Of a DNA stretch of 64,000 nucleotides, positions 42,024 to 54,704 are shown piece by piece (position 1 is the first letter of the stretch; the number at the start of each line of letters is the position of its first letter). A program made the translations under genes and the position numbers. The DNA lies in the NCBI GenBank assembly GCA_963774265.1, contig CAVZDU010000001.1, positions 288,001 through 352,000 of the forward strand. Reading direction: 5' to 3'. The DNA is from an uncultured Chloroflexia bacterium (GTDB taxonomy: Bacteria > Chloroflexota > Anaerolineae > CG2-30-64-16). The notes under the pieces were generated by a model. The model saw only the letters and a program-made list of their open reading frames with translations, was not told where the DNA came from and ran no database searches.

Positions 42024-43036
42024 GCGAGATTCGTTACTATGACGCGCCGGGCAAGGTCATGATCGACAGCTACGGACGCCATCTCCATTACCTGCGGGTG
42101 TCACTGACAGACGCCTGTAACCTTCGCTGTGTTTACTGCATGCCGGAGGATATCCGGTTCCGTCCCGCCTCTGCGCTGATGCAGGACGACGAAATGCTGA
42201 CACTTGTACGCGTGGCCGCGAGCCTGGGCGTGAACAAGATTCGGCTCACCGGCGGTGAACCGACCGTGCGGCGGGGTGTCGTGGACCTGGTGCGGGAGAT
42301 CAAGGGCATTCCGGGCATTGAACGGATCGTGATGACGACCAATGGTCTCAAGCTGACCGAGCTGGCAGAGCCTCTGGCGCAGGCGGGCCTGGCCCAGGTG
42401 AACATCAGCATCGACTCGCTGAATGCCGACAAATTCCGTCGCATCACGCGTCGCGGCGACTTGGACGAGGTGTGGCGCGGCATTGCGGCTGCTGAGGCAG
42501 CCGGGCTGCAGCCCATCAAGCTGAATTGTGTCGTCACGCGCGGCTTCAACGACGATGAAGTAGCTGATCTGGCCCGGCTGTCGTTGGACAACGACTGGGA
42601 AGTCCGCTTCATCGAGTTGATGCCCTTGGGCAGCGTCGCCGATTTTCAGCATGACCAGGTGGTGCCGTCGACTGAGACGAAGGCGCGCATCGAGGCCGCG
42701 TTGGGACCACTGGAGCTTGTGGCGGGGCACAACGGGCACGATCCTGCCCGTCCCTACCGGCTGCCCGGCGCACGCGGCCAGCTCGGCTTTATCAGCAGCG
42801 TCAGCGAGCCGTTCTGCGCCGGGTGCAACCGGCTGCGGTTAACGGCCGACGGCAAGCTGCGGCTCTGCCTGCTGCGCGATGACGAAGCAGACCTGTTGAC
42901 CCCGCTGCGTGCGGGCGCAGACTTTGAATCGCTCAGGCGGCTGATGGCCGAGGCAGCCTACGGCAAGCCTTGGGGTCACCGCCTGGAACATAATGACATC
43001 GCCACATCCCGCGAAATGAGCCAGATTGGCGGTTGA
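42020..43036 (+). CDS. moaA: GTP 3',8-cyclase
   Basis: YLRVSLTDACNLRCVYCMP, LTGGEP, FCAGCNRLRLTADG.L..CL; C-terminal MSQIGG. Confidence 0.96.
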   Translation: MSEIRYYDAPGKVMIDSYGRHLHYLRVSLTDACNLRCVYCMPEDIRFRPASALMQDDEMLTLVRVAASLGVNKIRLTGGEPTVRRGVVDLVREIKGIPGIERIVMTTNGLKLTELAEPLAQAGLAQVNISIDSLNADKFRRITRRGDLDEVWRGIAAAEAAGLQPIKLNCVVTRGFNDDEVADLARLSLDNDWEVRFIELMPLGSVADFQHDQVVPSTETKARIEAALGPLELVAGHNGHDPARPYRLPGARGQLGFISSVSEPFCAGCNRLRLTADGKLRLCLLRDDEADLLTPLRAGADFESLRRLMAEAAYGKPWGHRLEHNDIATSREMSQIGG

Positions 43037-43060
43037 TTCATCATATTGATGGAGGATTTC

Positions 43061-43417
43061 ATGTCGGTTGAAACCTTGGAACAGACCTCGGTCATTACCC
43101 TGACCGAGTCCGCAGCAGAGCAGTTAGACGCTATCATGAAGGAAAAGGGCATCCGCGAGACGCACAGCCTTCGTGTTTTCGTGAGCGGCGGTGGGTGCAG
43201 CGGCCTGCAATACGGCATGACCTTCGACCCCAGCCCGCTCGACGTGGACACCGTCCTGACGCAGCACGGCATGCGCGTGGTCATCGACCCGCAAAGCCTG
43301 CGCTACATGGACGGCAGCACGATCGACTATGTCGACAGCCTCATGGGCGGTGGATTCCACATCGAGAACCCCAACGCCGTTTCGAGCTGCGGCGGCGGCT
43401 GCAGCAGCTGCCACTAA
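43061..43417 (+). CDS. iscA: A-type Fe-S carrier (IscA/ErpA/HesB)
   Basis: LRVFVSGGGCSGLQY, IDY, NPNAVSSCGGGCSSC. Confidence 0.9.
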   Translation: MSVETLEQTSVITLTESAAEQLDAIMKEKGIRETHSLRVFVSGGGCSGLQYGMTFDPSPLDVDTVLTQHGMRVVIDPQSLRYMDGSTIDYVDSLMGGGFHIENPNAVSSCGGGCSSCH

Positions 43418-43425
43418 GAGCGCCT

Positions 43426-43455
43426 TGATGGGGCGCACGGTCGTGCGCCCCATCA
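43426..43455. repeat. REP-like palindrome between iscA and rtcB
   Basis: TGATGGGGCGCACG-GT-CGTGCGCCCCATCA, 14-bp stem. Confidence 0.6.
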
Positions 43456-43461
43456 TCCATC

Positions 43462-44920
43462 ATGAGACCCGTCACACGTGCGGACATCCGCAAGCTCGGC
43501 AAGAACCTCTACGAAATCCCACAGGATTTTCGACCGGATATGCGCGTCCCCGCGCATTTCTACGCCGACGAAGGGTTCCTGACGGCCGCGCTGGAAGACC
43601 GCTCGCTGGAGCAATTGGTGAATACGGCGACCCTCCCGGGAATTGTCGGACAAGCCATGGCCATGCCTGACATCCACCAGGGGTATGGGTTCCCGATCGG
43701 CGGCGTGGCCGCAACGGCCTTGCCGCAGGGCGTCGTGTCGCCCGGCGGCGTCGGCTATGACATCAACTGCGGGGTGCGCCTGCTCGCCACCGCCTTACAG
43801 GCAGACGACATCCGTCCCTACCTGGCCAGGCTCGCCGATGCGCTCTATCACCATCTCCCCAGTGGTGTGGGCGTTAAGGGCCACCTGCACACCAACAAGA
43901 GCGAGCTTAACGGGATTCTGGCAGATGGCAGCCAATGGACCCTCCGCGAAGGCTTCGCCCGGCCTGAGGATGTGGCGCACACCGAAGAAGGCGGCTGCAT
44001 GGCAGGCGCGAATCCCGACAAGGTCAGTAAGGCGGCCAAGGATCGCGGGCTGGAACAGGTCGGTACGCTCGGCTCCGGCAATCATTTTGCGGAAATCGAC
44101 GTAGTCACCGAGGTTTTTGACGACGAGGCCGCCGGCTTATTTGGTCTGCGCAAGGGGCAGGTCGTCCTGCAAATCCATTGCGGCAGTCGCGGTCTGGGCC
44201 ACCAGGTTGCGACCGACCACATCGAGGTATTTCAGACGCGCCGTAAGGCGGTACGGCTACGATTTGCCCGACCGCCAGCTCGTGTGCGCACCGCTCGATT
44301 CGCCGGAGGGGCAGGATTATCTCGCCGCCATGAACGCGGCCGCCAATTACGCGTGGGCCAACCGCCAGGTGTTGACCTACCACGCGCGTGAGGCGTTCGA
44401 GGAAGTGTTAGGCGGCAAGGTCCCAGACCATGACCTGCGATTGGTCTACGACGTGGCTCACAACATGGCCAAGATCGAAACACACACCGTCGCCGGAAAG
44501 CAACAGCGGGTGTGCGTCCATCGCAAAGGCGCCACACGCGCCTTCGGCCCGGGCCATCCCGACGTGCCCGAGGATTACCGCTCGCTCGGCCAGCCGGTGC
44601 TCGTGCCCGGCAGCATGGGCACGGCATCTTACGTGCTCGTGGGCACGGCCGAGGCGATGAAGCAAACCTTCGGCTCTTGCTGCCACGGCGCAGGCCGCAC
44701 GCTCAGCCGCGCGGAAGCCAAACGCCAGGTGCGCGGGGAACAACTGCGCAGCGACCTCGAGCAGGACGGCATTATTATCCGCGCCGGCAGCGCCGGCGGG
44801 TTGGCCGAGGAAGCGCCACAGGCTTACAAGAACATCGATCGCGTGGTGGCGGTGGTGGAATCCGCCGGCCTTGCCACGATCGTTGCGAAGGTCGAACCGC
44901 TCGCGGTCATCAAAGGTTAA
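43462..44920 (+). CDS. rtcB: RtcB-family RNA ligase (frameshift near 44235)
   Basis: [60 protein letters not shown]. Confidence 0.94.
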
Positions 44921-44932
44921 GGGGGGAATTCG

Positions 44933-46420
<1,488 letters not shown>

Positions 46421-46425
46421 TTGGC

Positions 46426-46460
46426 GATTGCAGATTCAGGATTGAAGATTGAAGATTCGG
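46426..46460 (+). repeat. Five degenerate GATTNNN heptamers in the rSAM1-rSAM2 spacer
   Basis: GATTGCA GATTCAG GATTGAA GATTGAA GATTCGG. Confidence 0.6.
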
Positions 46461-46485
46461 TCTGCAAATCCACACGGAGGTTCCG

Positions 46486-47989
<1,504 letters not shown>

Positions 47990-48019
47990 GAATAATGTCA
48001 TCCAAGGAGTCAACGCGTA

Positions 48020-49361
48020 ATGCCCATTCGCAAGATCGTACTCATCCAGCCCCGCCGCGACGGCCGCTTCCTGGGCCGCGGCATCAGCGAGCCATATACT
48101 CTCATGCGCCTGGCCTCTCTCGTCGATCCCCAGATCCCGGTCGAAATCTGGGACGGCGATCTGATGGAACTGCCCGTGCACCAGCTTGGCCCCCAGGACC
48201 TGGTCGGAATCAGCGCAAAGACGGTCATGATCGACCGCGCCAAGGTCGTTGGCCGCGAGGATCCAAAAGCAAGGGTCCACGGTCGTCATGGGCGGCACCC
48301 ACGTCACCCTGGTCCCGGATGAAGTCGAGGCCTGGGCGGATGTGATCGTCGTCGGCGAAGGCTATCGCACCTGGCCGAAGATCATCCGTGATTTCGACCG
48401 CGGCACGCTCCAGAAACGCTATGTGGATGAAGAGTGGGCGCCGTCTGGATTCCGGGCGTGGCTGTGCTGCAAGATCGCGTCCTGCAGCAGGTCGACGAAC
48501 ACCGCAACTACTGGACGCCCTACCTGGAAATCACCCGCGGCTGCCCGCGCAATTGCACCTTCTGCACCGCCGTCCGCGTATCGGGCCAGAAGATGCGCCT
48601 GCGCCCGGTCGACGAGGTCGTCGAGGAGATCGAGCGCCGCAAGCTGCAGCGCTTCTTCCTGACCGATGACAACTTCGGTCTGAATTTCCGGCTCTTCCCG
48701 GAGTACATGGAGCAGCTCTTCCGCGCGCTGGCCAAGCTGCCGCTCAAGGGCTGGACCTGCCAGGCCGAGCAGATGGTCGCAGAGTTCCCCGACATGCTGG
48801 ATCTCGCGCGGGAGGCTCACCTGGACAAGTTCCTCATCGGTTTCGAGTCGATCAACCCGGGCAACCGCAAGGAACTGGGCGGCAAGGGCCGCGGCGATAT
48901 CGACAAGACCCGCCAGGTGATCAAGAAAGTGCACGAACATGGCATCGGCGTTGTGGGCCTGTTTGTGTTCGGCTTCGACAGCGACACCCTGGAGACGTTC
49001 GATGCGGGCTATGATTTCATCCGCTCGTCCGAACTGGACGGCGTCAGTGCAACCGTTCTCACGCCATTTCCGGGCACGGCGCAGCGGGAAACCCTGCTGG
49101 CGGCCGGACGCATCCTCCCGCACGATACGTGGGAGCACTACGACACCAACCATGTCACCTTCCAACCCGCCCAGATGACGGTCGAGCAACTCACGGCGGC
49201 CTACGATCGTCTGTGCCGAGCGCATCTACCACCCGACGCTCATGGCCGGGCGCGGCTGGGGCGCGTTGCGGCGCCATCCCGTGAACAAGATGGGGGCGCG
49301 TCTCTTCTCCAGCTTCAGCACCGACATCGGCTACCGCCGGGAATACAGCCACCGGTTATAG
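48020..49361 (+). CDS. Cobalamin-dependent radical SAM enzyme 3 (frameshifts)
   Basis: VVMGGTHVT, GEG, ITRGCPRNCTFC, TDDNF, IGFES, FVFGFDSD, TPFPGT. Confidence 0.88.
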
Positions 49362-49379
49362 TTAGAAGCGAGTATTATC

Positions 49380-50806
49380 ATGAGAGTATTACTGGCCAGT
49401 CCCGAGTCCGAGGTCTGGACCTCCCGCAAGCATATCCCGCTGGGGCTGGGCTACCTGGCCGCGGTGCTGCGCGAGAACGGGCATCCAGTGGGCATCTACG
49501 ACTGCGGCCATCGAGGACGAGCCGCTGGAGACCGTGGTGCGCCGCGGCGGCTACGAGCTGCTCGGCATCACCGCGGTCACGCCGCTGATCGTCGACGCGT
49601 GGAACATGGCGAAGGAAGGCAAGCGGCTGGGGCTGACCACCGTGCTGGGCGGCCCGCACCTGACGCTGATGCCGGAGGAATCGATCAGCGCCGGAGCATC
49701 CCGAGGTGGACTACGTCATCCAGGGCGAGGCCGAAGAGAGCGTCGTCGAGTTCGTGGATGCCCTGGAAGGCCGGCCGCGCCATGGAGACGGTGCACGGCC
49801 TGTACTGGCGCAAGGAACGGCGAGATGGTCGTCAACGCGCCGTCGCGGCCTGGTCCCGAACCTGGACAGCATCCCCTACCCGGCGCACGACCTGTACAAG
49901 ATCACCCGCTACACCAATCTGCAGCCGCTCACCGATGGGCTGGACACCAAAGCGCGGGCCTACACGATCATGACCAGCCGCGGCTGCCCGTACAAGTGCA
50001 CCTACTGCTCCAAGCCGATCACCGGCGACACCTGGCGGCCCGCTCGGTGGAGAACGTCATCGGCGAGTGGCGCTGGCTGGTGCAGCGACCTGAAGGCCAC
50101 CGAGATCGGCCTGACCGACGACATCTGGAACCTGAAGCTGGATCGGGCCAAGGAGCTGTGCCGGCGCATCGATCGCCGAGGGGCTGAACACCGTGCCCTG
50201 GGTCACCGTCCACGGCATGAAGGTCAACCACGCCGACCCGGAGCTGTTCCAGCTGATGAAGCAGGCCGGCTGCAAGCGCGTCGGCTTCGGCGTGGAGAGC
50301 GGCGACGCAACACATCCTGCGCAACGTGATCAAGAAGAGCCAGACGCTCGACATGGTGCGCAACGCGTTCCGCTGGGCCAAGGAGGCCGGCCTGCAGACG
50401 ATGGGCTTCTTCATCTTCGGCATGCCGCAGGAGACCGAAGAGACGCATGGAGAAGACCATCCAGTTCGCGCTGGAGCTGGACCCCGACCTGGCGAACTTC
50501 ATGCTCGCCACGCCGTATCCCGGCACCGAGATGTACGACGTGATCAAGAAGTACGGCAACATCTTCGCCAACGAGTGGGAGGACTACGCCATCCAGTCGG
50601 ACAAGGCGCGCTTCACCATGCCCGATTACGACCCAGACCTGGTCGTGCGGAAGTGGAAAGAGGCCTATCGGCGCTTCTACCTCTACCGGCCGAAGCGGGT
50701 GTGGCAGAAGGTGTCGAAGAAGAGCTTCTGGACCGAGCTGCCCACGACCCTGGCCAACGCCAAACGGTTCTTCGTGCCCGAGAAGGCGCCGGCGAAGGCC
50801 GCGTAG
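49380..50806 (+). CDS. Cobalamin-dependent radical SAM enzyme 4 (paralog of enzyme 2; frameshifts)
   Basis: [51 protein letters not shown]. Confidence 0.88.
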
Positions 50807-50827
50807 GGGCGGGTGCGAGACCCGCCC
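50803..50827 (+). repeat. GTAG-type REP palindrome
   Basis: GTAG-GGGCGGGT-GCGAG-ACCCGCCC overlapping the rSAM4 stop codon. Confidence 0.55.
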
Positions 50828-50854
50828 AAGCCCTGCGTCCGCTCCCGAAATACC

Positions 50855-50888
50855 AAACGTCCTGGCCCTCGCCGGGGCGTTTTTGTTT
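50855..50888 (+). terminator. Intrinsic terminator closing the radical SAM operon
   Basis: AAACGTCCTGGC-CCTC-GCCGGGGCGTTT followed by TTGTTT. Confidence 0.7.
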
Positions 50889-50971
50889 CCTCTCTTCCCA
50901 TAGTATGATTTCCACGCATGGCGCTGGATGTCTTCCTCCAGGAATTGCTCGATCATCGCAGGAAGGCCGAC

Positions 50972-52075
50972 ATGAGCGAATACCAGTACTATGAATGGCA
51001 AACCATCGACCGCCCACTGACCGCAGAGGAACAGGCGGCAGTGAACAAGCTATCCAGTCACATTGATGTCACCTCAACGCGCGCAATCGTCACCTACAAC
51101 TGGGGCGATTTCAAACACAAACCCAAACAGGTGCTCGAGCGCTATTTCGATGCATTTCTCTACTACGCGAACTGGGGCAGCCGGCAACTGGCCTTCCGCT
51201 TCCCCAAAGGATTGCTCGACGAGGGTGTGCTGCAACCCTACTTGCTGAAGTACGGCGCCACGCTGGAAACCGTCAGTGAGTATCAGATCTTATACATCTC
51301 CTTCCTTGATGAGGATGGCGGTCATTGGTACAACGAGGAAGCGAACCTCTCTTCGCTGGCGCCGTTGCGCGACAGCATTCTGGCTGGCGACTATCGTGTG
51401 TTATACCTGGCCTCCCTGATGGCCGCCTCAGCCAACAGAATCGATGAGGAACTGGAGCCGCCTGTGCCGCCGGGACTGCAAACGCTCACCGGACCGCTGG
51501 CGGAGTTCTGTCGTTTTTTCCAGTTGGACCCGTTCTTGGTGCAGACAGCCGCCCAAGCGAGCGAACCACTGCGTGCCGCGCCAGCTATCGCGTTGGACGC
51601 GGCGATCGCCCTCCTCCCGCGTGCCGAGTGCGATGACTTCCTGCAGCGTCTGGCCGAAGGTGAGCCATTGCTCTCGCTGAAGCTCAACAGGCGCCTGCAG
51701 GAGCTGGCCGGTGCGCCGGATAAATCGGCGACCTCCCCGCCCCGTCGAAGGTGGTGCGATCTCAGGGAGACGGCCGAAACAATGCGTCAGGCCGAGGCAC
51801 AGCGGCAAAGCGTAGAGGCCGAGGCCCGGCGTATTAGGGACCTGCAGGACTTCGCCGCCCATAGCGCGCAAGCCTGGCATGACGTGGTTGCCCTAACTGA
51901 ACAGAAGCAATCGCGTCCCTACGATGAAGCAGTCGCTTTGTTAGGTAAGCTTCGTGATCTCGCTGAGTTTCAAGATGATCTCCCGGCGTTTCAAACAAAA
52001 CTGGCGAGCCTGCGGGCGCAGTATGCCAGGCGTCCGGGCCTTCAGGATCGACTGCGGAAGGCCGGGTTGGCGTGA
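50972..52075 (+). CDS. Conserved hypothetical protein (MSEYQYYE-type)
   Basis: Long intact [20 protein letters not shown]...[12 protein letters not shown]; helical C-terminus [12 protein letters not shown]. Confidence 0.8.
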   Translation: MSEYQYYEWQTIDRPLTAEEQAAVNKLSSHIDVTSTRAIVTYNWGDFKHKPKQVLERYFDAFLYYANWGSRQLAFRFPKGLLDEGVLQPYLLKYGATLETVSEYQILYISFLDEDGGHWYNEEANLSSLAPLRDSILAGDYRVLYLASLMAASANRIDEELEPPVPPGLQTLTGPLAEFCRFFQLDPFLVQTAAQASEPLRAAPAIALDAAIALLPRAECDDFLQRLAEGEPLLSLKLNRRLQELAGAPDKSATSPPRRRWCDLRETAETMRQAEAQRQSVEAEARRIRDLQDFAAHSAQAWHDVVALTEQKQSRPYDEAVALLGKLRDLAEFQDDLPAFQTKLASLRAQYARRPGLQDRLRKAGLA

Positions 52076-52354
52076 GAGGCGATGATGAGGATGGCGACAA
52101 TTGGGACAACGGGGTGAAGGCGAATTACGTTGAGTTCGACCCCAACCTGTCTCGGGTGGAAGAATGGGAAGCGGAGCAGATGGCTGACCCAGGAGCAACT
52201 CGCCGAAATGGTCGGCACCAAGCAGCCAAGCATTGCGCGCCTGGAGAGTGGCGCTTCCACGCCGACCGTGACGTTCCTTCGCAAGGTTGCCGCCGCGCTC
52301 GGGTCGCGGGTCGAAGTGCGATTTGTGCCAACCGAACAAGCGCCGTCTGAATGA
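52072..52354 (+). pseudogene. XRE/HigA-like HTH antitoxin with a disrupted N-terminus
   Basis: LTQEQLAEMVGTKQPSIARLESG..TPTVTFLRKVAAALG; no clean start codon in frame. Confidence 0.65.
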
Positions 52355-52533
52355 CAGTACCTTCTACCGAAACATCCCCTGACCCGGACGACTACGGCGA
52401 GATCACTCAGGCCGACCTCGACCGCGCGACCTATCGCTTTGCGGGCAAAGCGATGGAGCAGGAAGACCTTGAGGCGCGCCTGCGCTGGGTCATCCGCGAG
52501 GAGATGGGCCGCTTCACCGGGTCGTCAGAGTAG
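52351..52533 (+). pseudogene. BrnA-like antitoxin fragment
   Basis: DPDDYGEITQADLDRA joined directly to LEARLRWVIREEM; the central RHH part appears to be missing. Confidence 0.45.
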
Positions 52534-52600
52534 CGTCACTGGGCGCATCGACGACGCGCGGGTGCGACCGCGAGGCGCCAGGTGCAGCCAAACACGCTGC

Positions 52601-52700
52601 TTGTCACCGCGTCACCGCGTCACCGCTGACCTGCACACAAACGCCCCACAGGCCATCATGACCGAAAAACGGGGCGCCTTTTGCGGTGACGCGGTGACAA
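52601..52700. repeat. 100-bp element with 18-bp perfect inverted ends built from GTCACCGC octamers
   Basis: TT(GTCACCGC)x3 at 52601-52626; (GCGGTGAC)x2 AA at 52683-52700. Confidence 0.75.
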
Positions 52701-52767
52701 CTGCCGCGCCCGACAAACCAGCCAGGAGCGATGTGCGTTGATTCGAAGTATCGCAGGCTGATCTTGA

Positions 52768-53033
52768 TCTATGGTTCAAGTGGCATCAATATGTTCACTA
52801 GCTGCCTGGCGGTGATGATACTCAGAGGTCCTGGCTCAGGCGGTCCATGCAGGACGAGCAGATACTTCATCCCCAGTGGCCAAGTAATCGGCCCCACCGT
52901 ACACCGCTGCCGCTAGGATGAACTCATCTTTCGCGTCCCTTACGTGGATCGGTAGCGCTGCGCTAACATCCACCCGCACCGCTTGGCTGTCGAGGAGCTG
53001 CAGCGACTCATAATCCTCGGGCGTAGTCACCAC
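52768..53033 (-). pseudogene. PIN-domain (VapC-like) toxin C-terminal fragment
   Basis: VRDAKDEFILAAAVYGGADYLATGDE, continuing after a frameshift as LLVL...IITARQL; N-terminus absent. Confidence 0.7.
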
Positions 53034-53067
53034 CGCCGTGCTCCGAAGGTTCCGAACAGCCGCTGTG

Positions 53068-53340
53068 CTATCTGGCCTTCTGCTTGAAGACGAGCGGATA
53101 AGACTCCGGATGTTCGAGGGCGCGTAGCTCTACATCAGCATCAAGTGCAGGCCAAAACAACTGGTCTAGGCCGATGCGCTCCACAGCATAGATCTGCGTT
53201 ACCGTTGCTGAACGAAAAACAGGATAGTCGTCAAACGGCACGAAGTATTCTTTGTCATCGACCAGCAACCAGAATCCGTGCTGGGTGATATTGGTGACCT
53301 CACTGACCGAAATGCCTGTGCCAGGCGTCGATAAATTCAT
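53068..53340 (-). CDS. DUF2442-family protein
   Basis: EVTNITQHGFWLL...EYFVPFDDYPVF..AT...WPALDADV; overlaps the upstream partner gene. Confidence 0.8.
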   Translation of the reverse strand: MNLSTPGTGISVSEVTNITQHGFWLLVDDKEYFVPFDDYPVFRSATVTQIYAVERIGLDQLFWPALDADVELRALEHPESYPLVFKQKAR

Positions 53341-53536
53341 CCTGATGCTCCTTCACAATCTGGTCAATACGAGCCAGTTCCTTCGCCGTCAACAAGTACA
53401 CATCGGCGAGCGCGACGATGGGCTCCAACCAGAACTTCGCTAAACCGTCCGGCGACTGAACATGCACATGCATTCGCTTTTCTTCACGGCTGTTGAAGAA
53501 GAAGCGGTATGACCCTTCCCTGTAAATCGTTGGCAT
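53300..53536 (-). CDS. DUF4160-family protein
   Basis: MPTIYREGSYRFFFNSREE..MHVHV....AKFWLEP...AW.RHF. Confidence 0.85.
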   Translation of the reverse strand: MPTIYREGSYRFFFNSREEKRMHVHVQSPDGLAKFWLEPIVALADVYLLTAKELARIDQIVKEHQDEFIDAWHRHFGQ

Positions 53537-53638
53537 CCTTGCCTTCCCATCTGCATTATAGCACGGACCAACGGATCGTAAACAGCGGCTCGGACTCGGT
53601 TCCAAAGTCTGTTGGTGGGTTTCGTACGCACTATTGGG

Positions 53639-53686
53639 CCACTATATGTGCCACAAGGGCCGCCAGCGGAACCCCATATGTAGTGG
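53639..53686. promoter_or_regulatory. Tandem NrdR-box-like motifs
   Basis: CCACTATATGTG and ACCCCATATGTAGTGG, 32 bp apart; resemble acaCwAtATaTwGtg. Confidence 0.4.
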
Positions 53687-53901
53687 GCTGCCGGCGGACC
53701 GCAAGGCCACCAACACAATCTGGAACCGAGTCGCGGCTCGACGGCCGTTTTCCGCGCCATGCGGCGTTCCAGGAGTGAGATTGGTCGTCAGACGGGCCGT
53801 GTTTGTACCCACGTACCCGCGTTCCCGCTAACCTGCACACTCCCCATAAGCCACTGTGCCCGACAAACGGGGCGCCTCTTGCGGGAACACCGGCCGCAAG
53901 G

Positions 53902-54370
53902 TCACGAGCCATCCTTCACATAGTCGTCCAGAAAAATCAGTTCCGGCCGCAGCACGCGTCCGCGCCACCGGAGATCGTTAGTCACGATGGCATCTGCGCC
54001 ATGCACGCGGCCCGCCGCCACCTGGATTGCTTCCGGCGTGCGCAGGCCGGTCTCCGCCGCGCACTAACGCGGTCTCGCGCGCGAGCTCCACGTCCACCGG
54101 CGCCAGCTGCAGGTGTGGGAAGTGCGTCAGAAACAGCTCATACTCCTGCATGGCCCGGCGGTCGCCCGCAAGCGCAGGCTGGGTCAACAACTCCGTAAGC
54201 GTGATGGTGGTGGCCAGACCAGAGAGCGCGCCCGACTCCACCTCGGCCAGCACCGCAGCGGTCAGCGGGCTGTAGTCCGGGTGATCGGCCAGATGGTAGG
54301 CGAAGACCATGGTGTCCAGAAGTACCGTCCGCACGCCGGCGAGCCGTGTGCGCAGCGCTGTCACTCCCAT
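53902..54370 (-). CDS. vapC: VapC PIN-domain toxin (frameshift near 54060)
   Basis: VLLDTMVFAY, TITLTELL; then LRTPEAIQVAAA...IVTND in a shifted frame. Confidence 0.85.
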
Positions 54371-54594
54371 GCGGCTCGCTCCTCCTCGACCTGTCGGGCG
54401 GCATCCGGCCACAGGTCTTTGTGGAGCCCGCGCATGGCCGCAGTGAAGTTCGCCGGCCGGCTGATCAGGGTAACCGTCTCACCATCCATGAGGAAAAGCA
54501 ATTGATCCTCGGGCGTCAGCTTCAGCGCCTCGCGCACGACGCGCGGAATGACGACTTGATACTTGGAGCTGATGCGTGCACTCACAGTTTCCAT
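54361..54594 (-). CDS. vapB: AbrB/MazE-family antitoxin
   Basis: ISSKYQVVIPRVVREALKLTPED; overlaps the toxin start. Confidence 0.85.
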   Translation of the reverse strand: METVSARISSKYQVVIPRVVREALKLTPEDQLLFLMDGETVTLISRPANFTAAMRGLHKDLWPDAARQVEEERAAWE

Positions 54595-54704
54595 TGTCTT
54601 ACCTCGTCTACCTGGTAAGACTAAGTATATAGCCGTAAGAAGGATTCGTCAATGTTTTACCAAAAGTCGCTGTCTATCAGTCATCGCCACGACCCGCTCC
54701 TTCG

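Noticed and set aside
52072-54594. Integron cassette array
   Set aside because: No integrase, mixed gene orientation, and no repeated attC-like RYYYAAC...GTTRRRY structure seen.
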